Of a stretch of DNA of 64,000 nucleotides, positions 34,168 to 46,852 are shown piece by piece; the stretch's first letter is position 1, and every line of letters starts with the position of its first letter. The notes beneath the pieces are model-generated. The model saw only the letters and a program-made list of their open reading frames with translations. It did not search any database and was not told the origin of the DNA. Made by a program: the position numbers and the translations under genes. The stretch lies in assembly GCA_950097015.1 (NCBI GenBank), contig CATNEN010000003.1, forward strand, positions 7,316,001-7,380,000, given 5' to 3'. Source of the DNA: Macrostomum hystrix. Lineage: Eukaryota > Animalia > Platyhelminthes.

Positions 34168-35373
34168 TCAATCGCCTTGTCGGCAAGACTGAACTTCCAT
34201 TTGGAACCCAAAGAACGAGTCGTCAAAGCTGCTTGGTGAAGCATGTTGATTGTCAGCTAGAGCTGCGTCCACAGCCGCGGCCGCTGTTGGCGGTGCAATC
34301 ACTGAAGCGGCGCCGGAAGAGCGGCGCCTTCGACGACACCAGCCACGACGCCAGCACCGGCCGCACAGGAGCCGCGCCAAGTCGGCCCGGAAATCCGCGG
34401 ACAGCAGGCTGTAAATAAAGAAGTTGTTGGCAAAGTTACAGAACTGCAGAAACAGCAAGATGGACCAGCGAAAACGCCAAGAATGATAGCTAGGCGTGCC
34501 GTGCACTTCTTCGGGAATGCCCTTGTTAAATACAATCAGCCAGACTTTCACTGGCAGCGCCAGAGGAACGAACAGCAGCGGCACCGGTAGAACCATTCGC
34601 GTCGTCGGGGTGAGAAGCTTGCGCCGACCAGCTGACGAACTATTGTTTCTAATAACCGACACCATGGTTTTCAACAGACGACTCCGACGATAAAGCTTGT
34701 GAGCGATTGATCCGGTGAAGATTACTAGCAGGAGAAAGGGAAGAAAAACGGAAAACAGCATGTCTACGACGGGATAGACGTTCAAAACTAGAAGACGATC
34801 TATGCCTTCATCTCCATTCTCGCAGCTCATTCTCTTGTGTTTGTCGTTCCAGATGAACTTTCTAGTCCACATGATGTGAGCGTTGAGCAGCGTGGCAATA
34901 GTCGCCATTGCAGAAATGATACCAATGACTCGTCGCGGAGTGAGCAGTCGAGACCGGCGTAGCGGGAAGCAGATGATGGCGAAACGTTCGCCAGACACGA
35001 GCACCACGATCCAAGTACTAAACATTAGCGAGAAGTACACAAAGAACTCGTGCACCTTGCAGAATCCAGTGCCAAGTGTTTGCACATCGAAGCTAACATA
35101 GAGCTTAGCGTGTCTAAGCCAGTGCCTAGTGATTGGGAACAAGAAGACTAACACGTCGGCACAGGCCAGGGTTACCATGGTGATGCAGAGCACTGGCTTA
35201 CGGCGTCGACGTTTTTTACTGGTGCTAAAGACGAGCACGATGAAAAAGTTGCCTATGAGACCCATGACAACAATAGGAGGAAGTAGCACGCTCCACAGGA
35301 TGGTGTTGGCGTGACAATAAGAATCACATTCCAGCTGTTGCGCATTAGAGGCATTATCAGCTTTGGCTGACAT
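34168..35373 (-). CDS. Intronless rhodopsin-class GPCR (peptide-receptor-like orphan)
   Basis: 7 hydrophobic segments; GLIGN, LACAD, C in TM3, ERF in place of DRY, LPF in TM5, NFANNFFIY then DFR; first ATG at 35373. Confidence 0.9.
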   Translation of the reverse strand: MSAKADNASNAQQLECDSYCHANTILWSVLLPPIVVMGLIGNFFIVLVFSTSKKRRRRKPVLCITMVTLACADVLVFLFPITRHWLRHAKLYVSFDVQTLGTGFCKVHEFFVYFSLMFSTWIVVLVSGERFAIICFPLRRSRLLTPRRVIGIISAMATIATLLNAHIMWTRKFIWNDKHKRMSCENGDEGIDRLLVLNVYPVVDMLFSVFLPFLLLVIFTGSIAHKLYRRSRLLKTMVSVIRNNSSSAGRRKLLTPTTRMVLPVPLLFVPLALPVKVWLIVFNKGIPEEVHGTPSYHSWRFRWSILLFLQFCNFANNFFIYSLLSADFRADLARLLCGRCWRRGWCRRRRRSSGAASVIAPPTAAAAVDAALADNQHASPSSFDDSFFGFQMEVQSCRQGD

Positions 35374-35937
35374 TGTTCCGACAGGCTTTTGGCTTAGCAA
35401 CTCGCTTATTCACTTTTGCCTATACTGCCGTCTGCGATGTTATTACACTTATTTTGGATACATTTATTTATAGATAAGTGCCCTGTCGTGGTTTCAGCTC
35501 TCATTGGTTGGTACTTAGTTCCACTGGTGCAGTTGATTGGGCATGAAACTGGCAGAGACGGTGAGAAATTCATTTTATTAATGCTTAGTGGAGTAGAGAG
35601 AGGAATGGAAGTTTTTTAGGCGAAGCTGAACAAGTTCATTAAGATATTGCTTAGTGGAAGAGAAGCGAGTGGGGCTACTGGGGGGGGGGCTCATCTCATT
35701 CCAGACCTCGATGCGAAATCGAAAATGAGCGGAACTAATACTCGCGCCTGCAGAGAAACCCGATGCGAACTGACAGGGCGAGACAGTGAGGGATGAGGAG
35801 AATAGAGACACGATTATGAGCTGCCTTCTAGAACACGCTCGTGCTAGAACAGCACGTGAGGAACTAAGAAGTTTACACCATGAATATTGAAAACAGCAAA
35901 CTATTTTAATCGGTTGGTGTAAAATATAAATTTTTGT

Positions 35938-36255
35938 TGGGGGAGTAAGTGGCGGAGCGGTTAACGCGTTGGTCTCTCGCACCGAGGTCCCTAAGCTTGA
36001 TTCTGAGGCGAGGCCAGATTCATTTAGGGCGCAGCCGCGGAGAGAAGGCTTGGGGGCTTGTCGTGCAATTTACACCTTTGACGTTTAACGTTCGAGGTAC
36101 AGTGACAATGTACACTGCTTGACAATGAGAAAGTCAGCGCAGATTTACACACTTGTGTGAGCGTATGCCTGCGTACAGTATCTGTCTGCGCTGGTTGCGG
36201 GTCTGGTGTCACCAAATGATGTGCCATTGCCCGCAGCCCTCCTGCAATTATTATG
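35938..36255 (+). mobile_element. SINE family B
   Basis: Head GTGGCGGAGCGGTTAACGCG through tail GCCCGCAGCCCTCCTGCAATTATT; internal deletion. Confidence 0.85.
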
Positions 36256-36874
36256 TAATCTTATTATTGGGAGCTATCGTGGCCTCTCCGATGGCCAAGT
36301 GGCCAAGCCACTGTTAATCAAGTTACAGAACTTTTTAAATACTCTAGAGAGGAATATACTTGACTGAAGGAGAAAGAGCCCTTGTCGAAGTTAGCGTTAC
36401 TTGAATTGCAATCGTTGGACGTTCGATTAATTAGTACTGACATCAATATCGCGTTCAAGATCCGTACACTAAGTAGACTGCAAGGACTAACGGCACAACT
36501 GAGTTGCATTGGATTCTTGTTAAAGTGCAAATACTTCTACTACAGCATAGCTTCAAAGATTGCATGGGGTTTATTTATGTGGCAGCCAAAAATTAGTTTG
36601 GACACGAATTTTGGTTAACCCTAAACGGCTTGGGTTTTACAACAAGCCCAGAAGCCTACTCTCTGGCTGCAGCAGCAACAAAAATGCATCAGGACTCGCC
36701 ACGGATTCGAGTTCAGGGACGTTTTTTGTGAAAAGTTACCACTCCACCAACTCATCCCGGATTCTGTTAGTTTTAGCATTTTACTTTCTACATCAGTGCA
36801 CTTTTCTATATATTAGAGTAAATCGATAGTTATCCACTGAAATTTAAATGACCAAAATTATGCTAAGCGTGAAA

Positions 36875-37188
36875 GAGGTTGTAGCCTAGTGGTTGGGGCG
36901 TCTGACTCACGACTTGAAGGTCGGGGGTTCGATTCTCGACTCCACTGGAACAATTTGTGTCCTTTAGCAAAAAACTTAACTCTGCATTGCTTCAGTTCAC
37001 CCAGCTGTTAAACGGGTACCAGCATCAGCTGGGATAATTGAAGGTGCGTGTGGCGTCCCCCCAGTCCATGGACCGAACAGCTGTACGCAGCCTTCAGATG
37101 CGAAGCACATTAGCTGCGGCTGTGCTGTCGGCTGCACATTTGACCCAATTCGGGCAGGTGTAATCAATTATTATTAATTATTATTAAT
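36875..37188 (+). mobile_element. Full-length SINE family A
   Basis: High identity to 768-1083; TSD-like TGCTAAGC(G/A)TG near both ends. Confidence 0.88.
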
Positions 37189-37416
37189 TTGCTAAGCATG
37201 CAGCTCCATTTGTCGATTGATAACTTCATGTTGTATCAAGCGCTGTCAGTGCTGCAAATCCAAAAAGTGGGTGATCCGTACTTTAAAAGACAGTGTAAAT
37301 TATATGGCAGTCAATATAAACGTCATTTGTGATCATAAACTATAAACCGCTAGTTCTATCGGAGGCAGGGTTAAAAGGAAATGAGGCTAGATCAGAAGAG
37401 TTCCTTTACTTTAGGG

Positions 37417-37715
37417 CAGGGGTCGGCAAACTCCGGCCCGCGGGCCAGATGCGGCCCTTAAAGCTCCCAAATACGGCACGTTGCCAGGCACCGATAGTAA
37501 CCTGTTTCATCTTTGCCTGTCTTATCTCTCCCGTGTCTCATCTCTCCCGTGTCTCATCTCTCCCGTGTCTCATCTCTCCCCTGTCTCATCTCTCCCCTGT
37601 CTCATCTCTACCGTATCTCTGATATATTCTCTTATATTTTTACAGTCAATGCAGCCCACTGTCGTCTTTGAGGTTCTCTTTTTGGCCCGCTAGCTACTAA
37701 GTTTGCCGACCCCTG
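37417..37715. mobile_element. hAT/Charlie-like MITE containing 18-bp tandem repeats
   Basis: 16-bp TIRs CAGGGGTCGGCAAACT/AGTTTGCCGACCCCTG, subterminal GGCCCG motifs; 8-bp TSD only partly conserved. Confidence 0.8.
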
Positions 37716-38320
37716 CTTTCACTCTATTTCAGTGCAAATCGAAATCATTATTTTCAGCTATAAATCTTTCATAGAAAAACAGCCTTGTCCGGGATTAATC
37801 GAACAGCGAGTTGGCATCAGTATGTAAAAGTAAATCAATTGCAGCTTTAAGAAACCCTAGATTAAAGAAACGTATTTTCTAATAATACGTTTTTCACGTG
37901 TCAGATAGTTTGTGAAAAAGATACCATGCTTGCTGTTATCAGATGAGAAAACTAAAGAACCCAGCCATCAAGCCATCTACATATCAAATTTCACTAATCA
38001 CTTACTCCAGACGAGCAGATGTTGTGCCTGAAGTTGATCTCGATTTCCCTAGAAAAAAACTTTTCTCGACGTGAAAGTATCTCTCTGATTGCTTGAGCAC
38101 TTTAACAATATACGGCTGCTTGCTCTAGGCAAACGTAATTTTAATGCCAAAATATTTTTAGCAATGCAAACTAGCTGATCGTTGAAAAACGACCATTGTG
38201 GCGCTTTTAAAGCTCTCACAGAAGTGAGACGTAACCCAAAGCTAACAAAGAGAGTGACACAACTCATTTCTGCACTATGCGTTAATCGTGAACAAAATTA
38301 TAGCCTTAGTCCAAGTTAAG

Positions 38321-38553
38321 TATAGCTTTTGCCATTCAATCTCAGTGTTTTGTCATTCATACTCAGCCCCCATAGAATTATTCCAGCCAGTTGGCGCGGT
38401 TTGGCCCATAGACTATCGCTTTGAATGACAAAACCCGAGATTGAATGGCACAGAGCGATAGTCTGTGGGCCAAACCGCACCAACTGGCTGGATTAACTCT
38501 ATGGGGGCTGAGTATGAATGACAAAACACTGAGATTGAATGGCAAAAGCTATA
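38321..38553. mobile_element. Palindromic MITE with ~100-bp inverted arms, TA-flanked
   Basis: TATAGCTTTTGCCATTCAATCTCAGTGTTTTGTCATTCATACTCAGCCCCCATAG... and its reverse complement at the right end. Confidence 0.85.
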
Positions 38554-39618
38554 TATACGAGCGTACTTCTACTAAGCATCTTTCACATACTGATATTTGA
38601 AGCTCACCAACAATGTTTATAAAAAATTAAGCAACTGCATCAAGATCGATGCTTTGCAGATCAGGTAATTCGTAAGCAGCAAACTATTTTTTTTGTCTGG
38701 AACTCATAGCCTTTCATTCTGTGCATACACTGTGATTCTAGGATCCTGTAGTCTGTTTTCGATCAATTAAATCTAGTCCATTATAGATGAAAACATGCAA
38801 CGCTGCAAATACAGTTGAGGACTTAGCTGCTATTTTTATGCTCTCATACCCCAATACAGTATTGCTATCTTGAACGAAAGAGATTAGCTAAAGCTACAGT
38901 ATTAATGCATAATTTACTGCCCTGCATGCGATGGCTGCTATTATTGACTTAACACAATAAAGTGCAGCTGATAAATCTATTCTTTGAACAAGAGCGAGCA
39001 TATTCGCGACAAATATGGTTATGGTTATGAGCTGCATTCAGTTTATTTTTCATTCTTTGTTTTTCGTGGAATCGTAGAACTACAAAAAATGGACCCCTTG
39101 ATTCTCATATAATAAATGATGAATAAAAATGACCGTTTTGCCAACTTTTCAACAACAACTATAGCCTTCGTTGCGTACTCTCACTTACTTGCACACTTGC
39201 ACTACGCCATAATTACAAAAGCTAACTTCTCTTTTGGCTGCTGTGGGCAGGTGAGAAAAGCAATGGCAGGCAGGAGAAAAGAGACGAAGGTTGGCCCCGC
39301 GCACATCGCACTGCTGTCTGAGCACAGGTGTACAGAGAGGTGCTTCTATTAATCAATGAGTGCAGCTAGGCTCAATTACGCTGAGAAAGCTGGTAGACAG
39401 CAAAGGGAGGCAATGAGGTGAAGAAACAGGTGTGGAGTTTTGTAAAGAAGACAGGTTAGTAGACTGGAGAGAAATCTTTTAGAGGCTGAGCACAATGGAA
39501 GGAATAAGAGAGGCTCAAACCTACATTGTTAAAGCTCAGTGCTCTGTTAACTTTGCATTAAATTTCAGCACTAAATCATACGGAGACTGAAAAGGACTTT
39601 AACTTTAGACAAGCTCAA

Positions 39619-41844
39619 ATGACTGACCGATCTGAGACTAAAAGTATATTGTTGGTTCCTGGCACGGCATCATTAGAGCCAGGCATTCGAGAGGTTTGTA
39701 ATCAGCTCGAGGATCGCGTCAGAACCGACGGGAAAATTGAGCAGTTTGAGCAGAACGACTGGCGCAAGCTTGTCCTGGTTGCTCGACTCCACACGAAAGC
39801 ATTGGATAGAACCTCTACAGGAGAAAAGCGCATCTTTTCAAAGTCAGTCCGCCAGCGCTCAGGCTGGTGGGGAAACTCGGCTGATGCCAAGATTGTCGAC
39901 GCTAATCTTGAGCGCATCCTGGTCCGAGCAGCCCTGGACTCAGCTGGGCTTCCTGAAGCCGCTGCTGAAGTTAAGCGGCATCTACGCGGTCCGGGCGTTT
40001 TCGCGTTGCGGCACGCTCGACTAACCGGATTTGCGTTTGTTGGTCGAGACGCAAACCAACTCTTAGGTTCATTGCGCCGTTTGCTCTGGCTGGCTTTTGA
40101 TGGACTGGGCAGCGTCAACATTGATGGAGACTGCGATGAAAACGACGCCGTGGCCGCAGCAGCACTGTTGCTGACGCGTCAGTCAGACTGGAGGCTAACG
40201 CTAGTTGCAGCCGATGGTTCCGAAGCGGAGCGTCAGACACTACAGAATGAGCTGACGCTACGTCTGAGGTGTCTGTGGCCTCGTGGGTTGAATGCTCGAC
40301 TAAATCAGAGTTTGATCTGCCTCAAGGAGCTGCGCGAACTCGACTGGTGCCGAGCGATGGAGGGTGGCAACGATCGTAGTCACGTTCTGGTTGAAGAAGA
40401 TTCAACAGCACTGGAGGCTAGACGACTTGGTTTGACAGATCTGCAGTTTGATGACGTGCGCAGAATTGTGTTCGAAGCTGACGATTCAGGCCTGTACCGT
40501 TGCGACGATACTGTTCGAGAGTTCAGTAGACTAGCTAGACAGCTGCGTGCGCGAGCTTCTGAGCTGCGCCAGGCAGACTTTGACGCCTGTCATCGATTGC
40601 ATGCCATGGCGGCGGAGTTGTCAGCGAAATCGCAAATTAAACAGCAGCTAAAATTTCGTCGAGATGTTCGACACAACAGCGGCTGGTGGCACGCGGAAGA
40701 TAATGGACTAGAATTATTCGATGATTCTGTGGCCAATTTGGATCAATTGGCGCAAACTCTGACCCGAAAGCTTGAGCCAGTACCAAGCAGCACCAATTAT
40801 CATGGCTCCTCCGGTGCCGGTGGCTACCCCAAGCTGCAGACCCCAGGAGTTTTCGTGCTCAAGCATCGGTAAGTTGGTACAGCTTGCAAAACTATGCGTT
40901 TCGTAGAAAAAAACTTTGCATTAACAGAAAGGAAAGAACAGTGAAGCTTCGGGGGTAAGTGGTTCCAAAGCCCCTGAGCTCGATTCCACGGTGAGGCCAC
41001 ATTCATTTGGGGCGCAGCCGTGGAGTGAAAGCTTGGGAACTTGTCGTTAAATTTGCGCCATCCAACCTCCAACCTCCAAGGCACAGTGAGAGTGTACACA
41101 CCTGTGTGAGTGTGCGCCTGCGTACAGTATCTGTGTGCGTGCGTGCTCAGGAGCAAGCTAATGTCAGCTTTCTACCCCGACTAATATTGGTGCCGATTTT
41201 ACCGCAGTGTTAAACTGAAGCCCAGCGAAATTAAATGTCTTGCTTAAGGACAAATATAGCTTCTTTTGGGTTAGGATTCGAACTCCCGACCCTTGGATGG
41301 GCAACAGCCTCTGAGCGGCAGATATAGGTTGTACGAGAATTGTCTTTTTCAGGAAGAATTTACGATTCAAACACCACACATTCATATTGTATTTAATAGT
41401 CTACTAGAAGTAGCAAAAACGGAATGCTGGAAAATGCGAACTGGACATTTGAATTCGTTTAGATCCCGTCAATCCTGGCGCTTCGTCAGCAAACCTTGCG
41501 AAAATGTGCTGACGAATTTTCGAAGACTCCTGCATCGTTCGCTGGACGGTTTTTCTGACAACGGCTGCAGCCGGTGCGCACCTGAAGACGACCCGGACCG
41601 ACATCCCGAAAGCTTCGAGTGCGTCACTGCTGCAATGCTGCTTTTGAGTACAGCGGACGAGTGGCAATTTGAGCTGCACTCCCAATCCGACGAGCTGTTG
41701 TCAGCCCAACTGTACAACAGCCTGGTGCTGCAGAATGACTCCCTATGGCCAGGTGGTGCTAATCTGGCCCTGATTATCGATTGGAGAACGCTACCGTCTT
41801 TGCTGAAAGACGTTGAGCAACGACCGCCGGTTCGAGACGGATGA
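39619..41844 (+). CDS. Uncharacterised 543-aa protein with two tandem degenerate GIY-YIG-like modules; exons 39619-40868 and 41463-41844
   Basis: Phase-2 intron CG|gtaagt...tttag|A joins ORFs 39619 and 41293 in frame; internal duplication SGWW / PGVFxLxH / FV(G,S) / RRLL..DG / AA.LLL...W / LWPxGxN. Confidence 0.75.
40950..41156 (+). mobile_element. SINE-B copy (internal hairpin deleted) in the intron of the GIY-YIG-like gene; a diverged SINE-A fragment follows at ~41205-41310 (-)
   Basis: GAGCTCGATTCCACGGTGAGGCCACATTCATTTGGGGCGCAGCC; the segment between the two TGTACAC direct repeats is missing. Confidence 0.75.
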
Positions 41845-42384
41845 TCAGAACCTCTATGCGATCAGAACCTTCAATATCCGTGAATTTCATACGAATAGTA
41901 ACTCCAGATTTTCAAGTACTTTTATTTTTTAAGTGGGCGTTTTTCTATTCGGGTATCATACCTGAAAGATTGGGGAATCTGAAATTCAGCGCCTGTGAAG
42001 TTTGGTGACAGCGCAGTTTGATGCCATTGGGGATTTTTATCGACCCTATATATATACTATAATATACTCGTACTATAAACTCCTAATTACTAGTTGGCGA
42101 TTACAAATATTAGCAGTAATTTATTTGCTGAAAAGTTTTATCTAGCTTTATAGGTCTGCCTTTCGGTCGCCAATGCAACTGTGCCTGAAATTCAAACTTT
42201 CTGTTTGTCATCGGTCTACAAAATCATTGTCTACAATAGAATGATTCCCGTGTCGATCAGTAATTGGCTGAGAGCATTGTAGCTAGCCCTCAGGTTTGCG
42301 GATGAAACCATGTGTATGTCTATAGCCAGCAGCTTATAAAACCGGCAGCAATAATCGACGCAAGAACATCAGCAGCGCACAGAC

Positions 42385-43780
42385 ATGGAGGACAATGCGA
42401 CTGGAACAACATCGCCACTAAAAAGCTGCATTGTGGAGGATGAGCACAACCAGGACGAATTTGCATGTCCCCAACCTGACAACTTGGGGGATAGAATCAT
42501 CGACTGTCTAGTCCTATCGTTCTTCATAATAATGGGCGTCATAGGAAACCTATTGCTAGTGATTAGCATTGCGACTACAAAGCGAATGCAAAGGCCGCAG
42601 TACTATTTTATCATGAGCATAGCAATGTCAGATTTACTCGTTTGCGGCTACGTGCTGCCCTGCGTTTTAGTTGGTCGAGTTGCCGACAAGAGTAGATTCA
42701 CACATGCCCACTGTATATTCAATGCCTTCTTGTCGTTTGCCTGCACTGGCATATCTAATAGCAACTTCTGCGCTGTCGCGATCAACAGGTAAATTTTCAC
42801 TCATTCGCTCTAACCAAATAATTATTTCTAAACAATACGCCCTATAATAGTATTATTAATTGCAGGCATAAATGAAACATCATTTCCTCAGCCAGCGAGG
42901 AGACAATTCTGCCCATTTCGCTGACTCCTGAGCACACACGCACTCAGATACCGTACGTAGGTACACGCTCACACAGGTGTGTACATCTGCCCTGACTTTC
43001 TCATCATCAGGCAGTGTACACTTCACTGTGCCTTGGAGGTTGGTCCTCAAGGGCGTAAATTGGACGTCAAGCCCCCAAGCCTTCTCTACGCGGCTGTGCC
43101 CCAAATGAATGTGGCCTGGCCGCGGAACCGAGCTCAGGGACCTTGGTGCATTAATTGCTCTGTCACCTTCACCCCGTAACACACGCTCTACTTGTAGATA
43201 TTTCTTTGTCGTAAAGCGTCACTCTTACAACAAGTTTTTCACGGGACGCTTGACTCTGCTGATTGTCATCCTAATCTGGCTAGCCTGGTGCATCTACAGC
43301 GGAGTGGAAGGTGCAACCGGAAACTTCACCTATCTGGCTGACGCCTACGCGTGCTTCAACTTTGATGAGAAGAACTTGTTCTCGGCTACGTTCATGCTGG
43401 CCCTTTTCGGTGTGGCTATTCCGTTGTGCGTGTCATTCATAGCGTACCTATTAATATTCTGTAAGCTATACAGAGTAAAGGCTAACATTGGTGACACAAG
43501 CGATACCTCATTGAGCCAGGGTGAAAAGAAAGCCATATTTACCATTCTGGTCGCTTTCGTTCTATTCAACGCCTGCTGGGTGCCCTACATAATCCAGCTG
43601 GTGTCTGAGAAGATGGACAGTCACCTATCGAACACGTTTCACAAGTACTCGGTGTGGATGTCGCTATTCAACAGCAGCTTAAATGCCATCGTCTATGGTC
43701 TATTTAATGGAGAGTTTCGAGCCTCATATATGCGGGTTCTGCGCTGTAAAGCTACTTCAATTAGAAGCTTAGAAAGCTAA
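42385..43780 (+). CDS. Rhodopsin-class GPCR, melatonin-receptor-like; exons 42385-42788 and 43198-43780
   Basis: GVIGNLL, SIAMSDL, spliced AINR|YF (NRY), CWVP, NSSLNAIVYG..EFR; TATA-like TATAAAA about 50 bp upstream. Confidence 0.85.
42845..43150 (-). mobile_element. SINE family B in GPCR intron
   Basis: High identity to the 17281 copy. Confidence 0.88.
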
Positions 43781-45564
43781 ACTCAATAATCAACCAAACA
43801 GTAAAGATCCACTGCGGAAATTGACTTGTCAAGAATTCCGGCAATTATACTGATTTCTGATGTGTTGAAAAATAATTGATTAACATTATTCACCTAATAA
43901 TAATCACTACTAATTAGCTCTCAGTTATATTTTTGCCCTACTGCACTAACTCGTAGTTATTGCAAAAGCTGTGAACTGCAAAAAGTTGTGTCCTTTACTG
44001 ACCAAAATAAAGAACAAAAAATTAGACAGTCCCTTCTAAAAAAACTAACTAGTCAACTCAGCTTTCATCATTTAACTGTGAGTTCAGTCTAATCTTCTAT
44101 ATTGAACAATCTTTGCCGGACTAATTAAGAAATGGAAATCACAGCTTCACCAGAATATTACAGGAAAACGTATTATACGCACTATTATCAAGGAAGATAA
44201 TGGCATGATTAAATTTCTCGTTAGGATGCCATAAAGTTGCAGTTCAGATTATTTTAAAATACATTTTATGCTCTCAAATTAGCAGACACTCAAGTTAGTT
44301 AGTCGCAAATTAGTTTTTAAGACGATTACGACCGTACCTGAAAGAAAAATTGATGTCAAAAAACATCAAAAACAAAAATCCAGTAGCATGCTTCTGCTTT
44401 TTTTAAAATACAACAAGAAGAAGTGTATCTGCCAAAACGAGTTCTGAGAATCTTTATCATGACAACGACAAGCAATCGGTAGGTCTTTGAATCCCGAAAG
44501 ACTCTGTGTTAATATCGATGAAATGAAACTCATATCATTGAGCAATTACCTGCATCATTAAGCAATTTAAAAATACCTTGTATGAGCGATGCAATGTAAA
44601 TAGCGGCTGAGAAGAAATATACATCACAGGGCACTAGCATAGCTTTATATAGAAAAATTGCGATATCACGTTCTCAAGCAAAGCCGGGAACTATTCTTAA
44701 AATATGAGCCGAGGAACTTTTATTCCAGAATCCAGTTTGATTTCGTAAACTTCCTGAGCCTGGGAATCGTATATTTATTGGGTGTTTGTCAGGATATTTG
44801 CGAAAACTGCGACAGTGGAGCGTTTACTTTGTCACACGCAAGAATCGAAGAACCAAAGCTAAATTATAGCTTCGCCGAAAGTGTTTAGCTGTTATAATCG
44901 GAGCAGAAATATGAAAAACTCCCCGGTGTTGAAACACTATATAAAGTGTTTCAATGCAGTTAAAAGGTAATTATTACAAACATGTAAAAAACTGTATGTG
45001 GAGAAAAAACCTAAGATTTTTAACGAAATTCCAGTTCTGTTTAAATGTAACTAATTTGCTTGCCTCGATTTTTTAAAATTCCCTTCTAATTAGTTAATTT
45101 CACGTCTTTACTTGATTCTGCTTACTCGTATTTGCCTTTAAGTAATTTTCCGATTCAATTCAATCAAATTTTAATTAAATTTAAAATCAATGGAAGCAAT
45201 CATCCCCATCACGCTGAAAATCAACTAAGAGCATAATTAAATATTTGAGGTGAACTGGTCAAAAGAAAGGTCTATAAGCTCGTAGAATAGCACCTGAGCT
45301 CTTGGCAGTTCGAGCGCCTGAAATCCTGATTAAATTGCATGCCAACCGATACGCTAGATGTTAATCGTTGAGTGAATTTCCAAGCTATTGGACACTGAAA
45401 TTAAGGATTGCATCAAAAAAGCCTGTAATCTGTAATTGTATAGCTTTCTTAATGCTACACATCAGACACAGAAAAAATGTTTGACCAAAACGACATTTTA
45501 AATCAGATACTTTGACCATTTTTGTCACAGAATAATTCGTCCACGAGTACTTTGTACTTTATTA

Positions 45565-45815
45565 GAGGTTGTAGCTTAGTGGTTAGAGCGACGGACTCAC
45601 GACTTGAAGGTCGGGGGTTCGATTCCCGACTCCACTGGAACAATTTGTGTCCTTTAGCAAGACACTTAACTTTGGGTGTGGCGTCCGCCCAGTCCATGGA
45701 CTGAACAGCCGTACGCAGCCTTCAGATGCGCCGCGCAATAGCTGCGGCTGTGCTGTCGGCTGCACATCTGACCCAATTGGGACAGGTGTAGTAAATTATT
45801 TATTATTAATTAATA
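45565..45815 (+). mobile_element. SINE family A with internal deletion
   Basis: Head and tail match 36875; part of the central domain is missing. Confidence 0.85.
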
Positions 45816-46544
45816 GGTTCTCTACAATGTCAAGCAGTGAAGGCATTTTAGGCACTTATTTTAGTCAAGGAGTTCTATAAAATTTGTTGAGTTATCTGCG
45901 AGTTTTAATCTAACCTAAATAATAATAACCTTGACAAAATTGGAAACCGTTAATGAAGAGCTGATAAAATACTTTGGCCATAATACTACTACTGCAAGTA
46001 TTATTGACCGTAGCAATTACTAATTTTACTTATAATGCCAGAAAATTCGCTTAACATACGAGCGTATTAACAAAATGTCATAAATTTCTCGTCAAGTACA
46101 AATTGCTCAGAGTAAAGTATACAAATGCTATGAAGTTAAAAATGGAATTCTATAGAATGGACGCAATAGTATAATTTGTACTGCAGGAAGTTTTGTGAAA
46201 CTAAATGTTCCTGAATGCAGGAGGCCATTAACATCGTGCCTTTACTGAAACGCTTATATTTTTCATTTAAACTTCCACCTGTGTTCAGATGAAATTCGCA
46301 ATAAATTTAGCTGAAAATTACAGCATATCCGGCAATTATTGTGCGTAAAAGTGCGGTTGATGTGAATCCAGGAAGCAATAAAAATATAAAAGCGCGGTGA
46401 TTCATAGCAGGAAATCAGTAATTGCTTCACTTTATTCATTCCATTTATAGAAAATCGTCTGTTGAGTAAAACTACATTCACGGTACTTTACTTTTAGTAG
46501 AAGCTTAGGGATCTAGTTACGATATTCACACATTTTTTAGATTA

Positions 46545-46852
46545 AACTGTCCGATTGTCGGACTTTCAGACTGTCAGATTTTCAGACTGTCAGACTCTCA
46601 GACTGTCAGATTGTCAGACTGTCAGATTTTCAGACTGGCAGATTGTCAGACTGTCAGATTTTCAGACTGGCAGATTGTCAGACTGTCGATTGTAAGACGT
46701 CAGATTGTCAGACTGTCAGACTGTCAGATTTTCAGACTGTCAGATTTTCAGACTGTCAGATTGTAAGACTGTCAGATTGTAAGACTGTCAGATTGTCAGA
46801 CTGTCAGACTGTCAGACTGTCAGACTGTCATACTGTCAGACTTATCTGACTG
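46545..46852. repeat. 8-bp repeat (TCAGACTG / TCAGATTG / TCAGATTT)
   Basis: Tandem short units. Confidence 0.9.
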
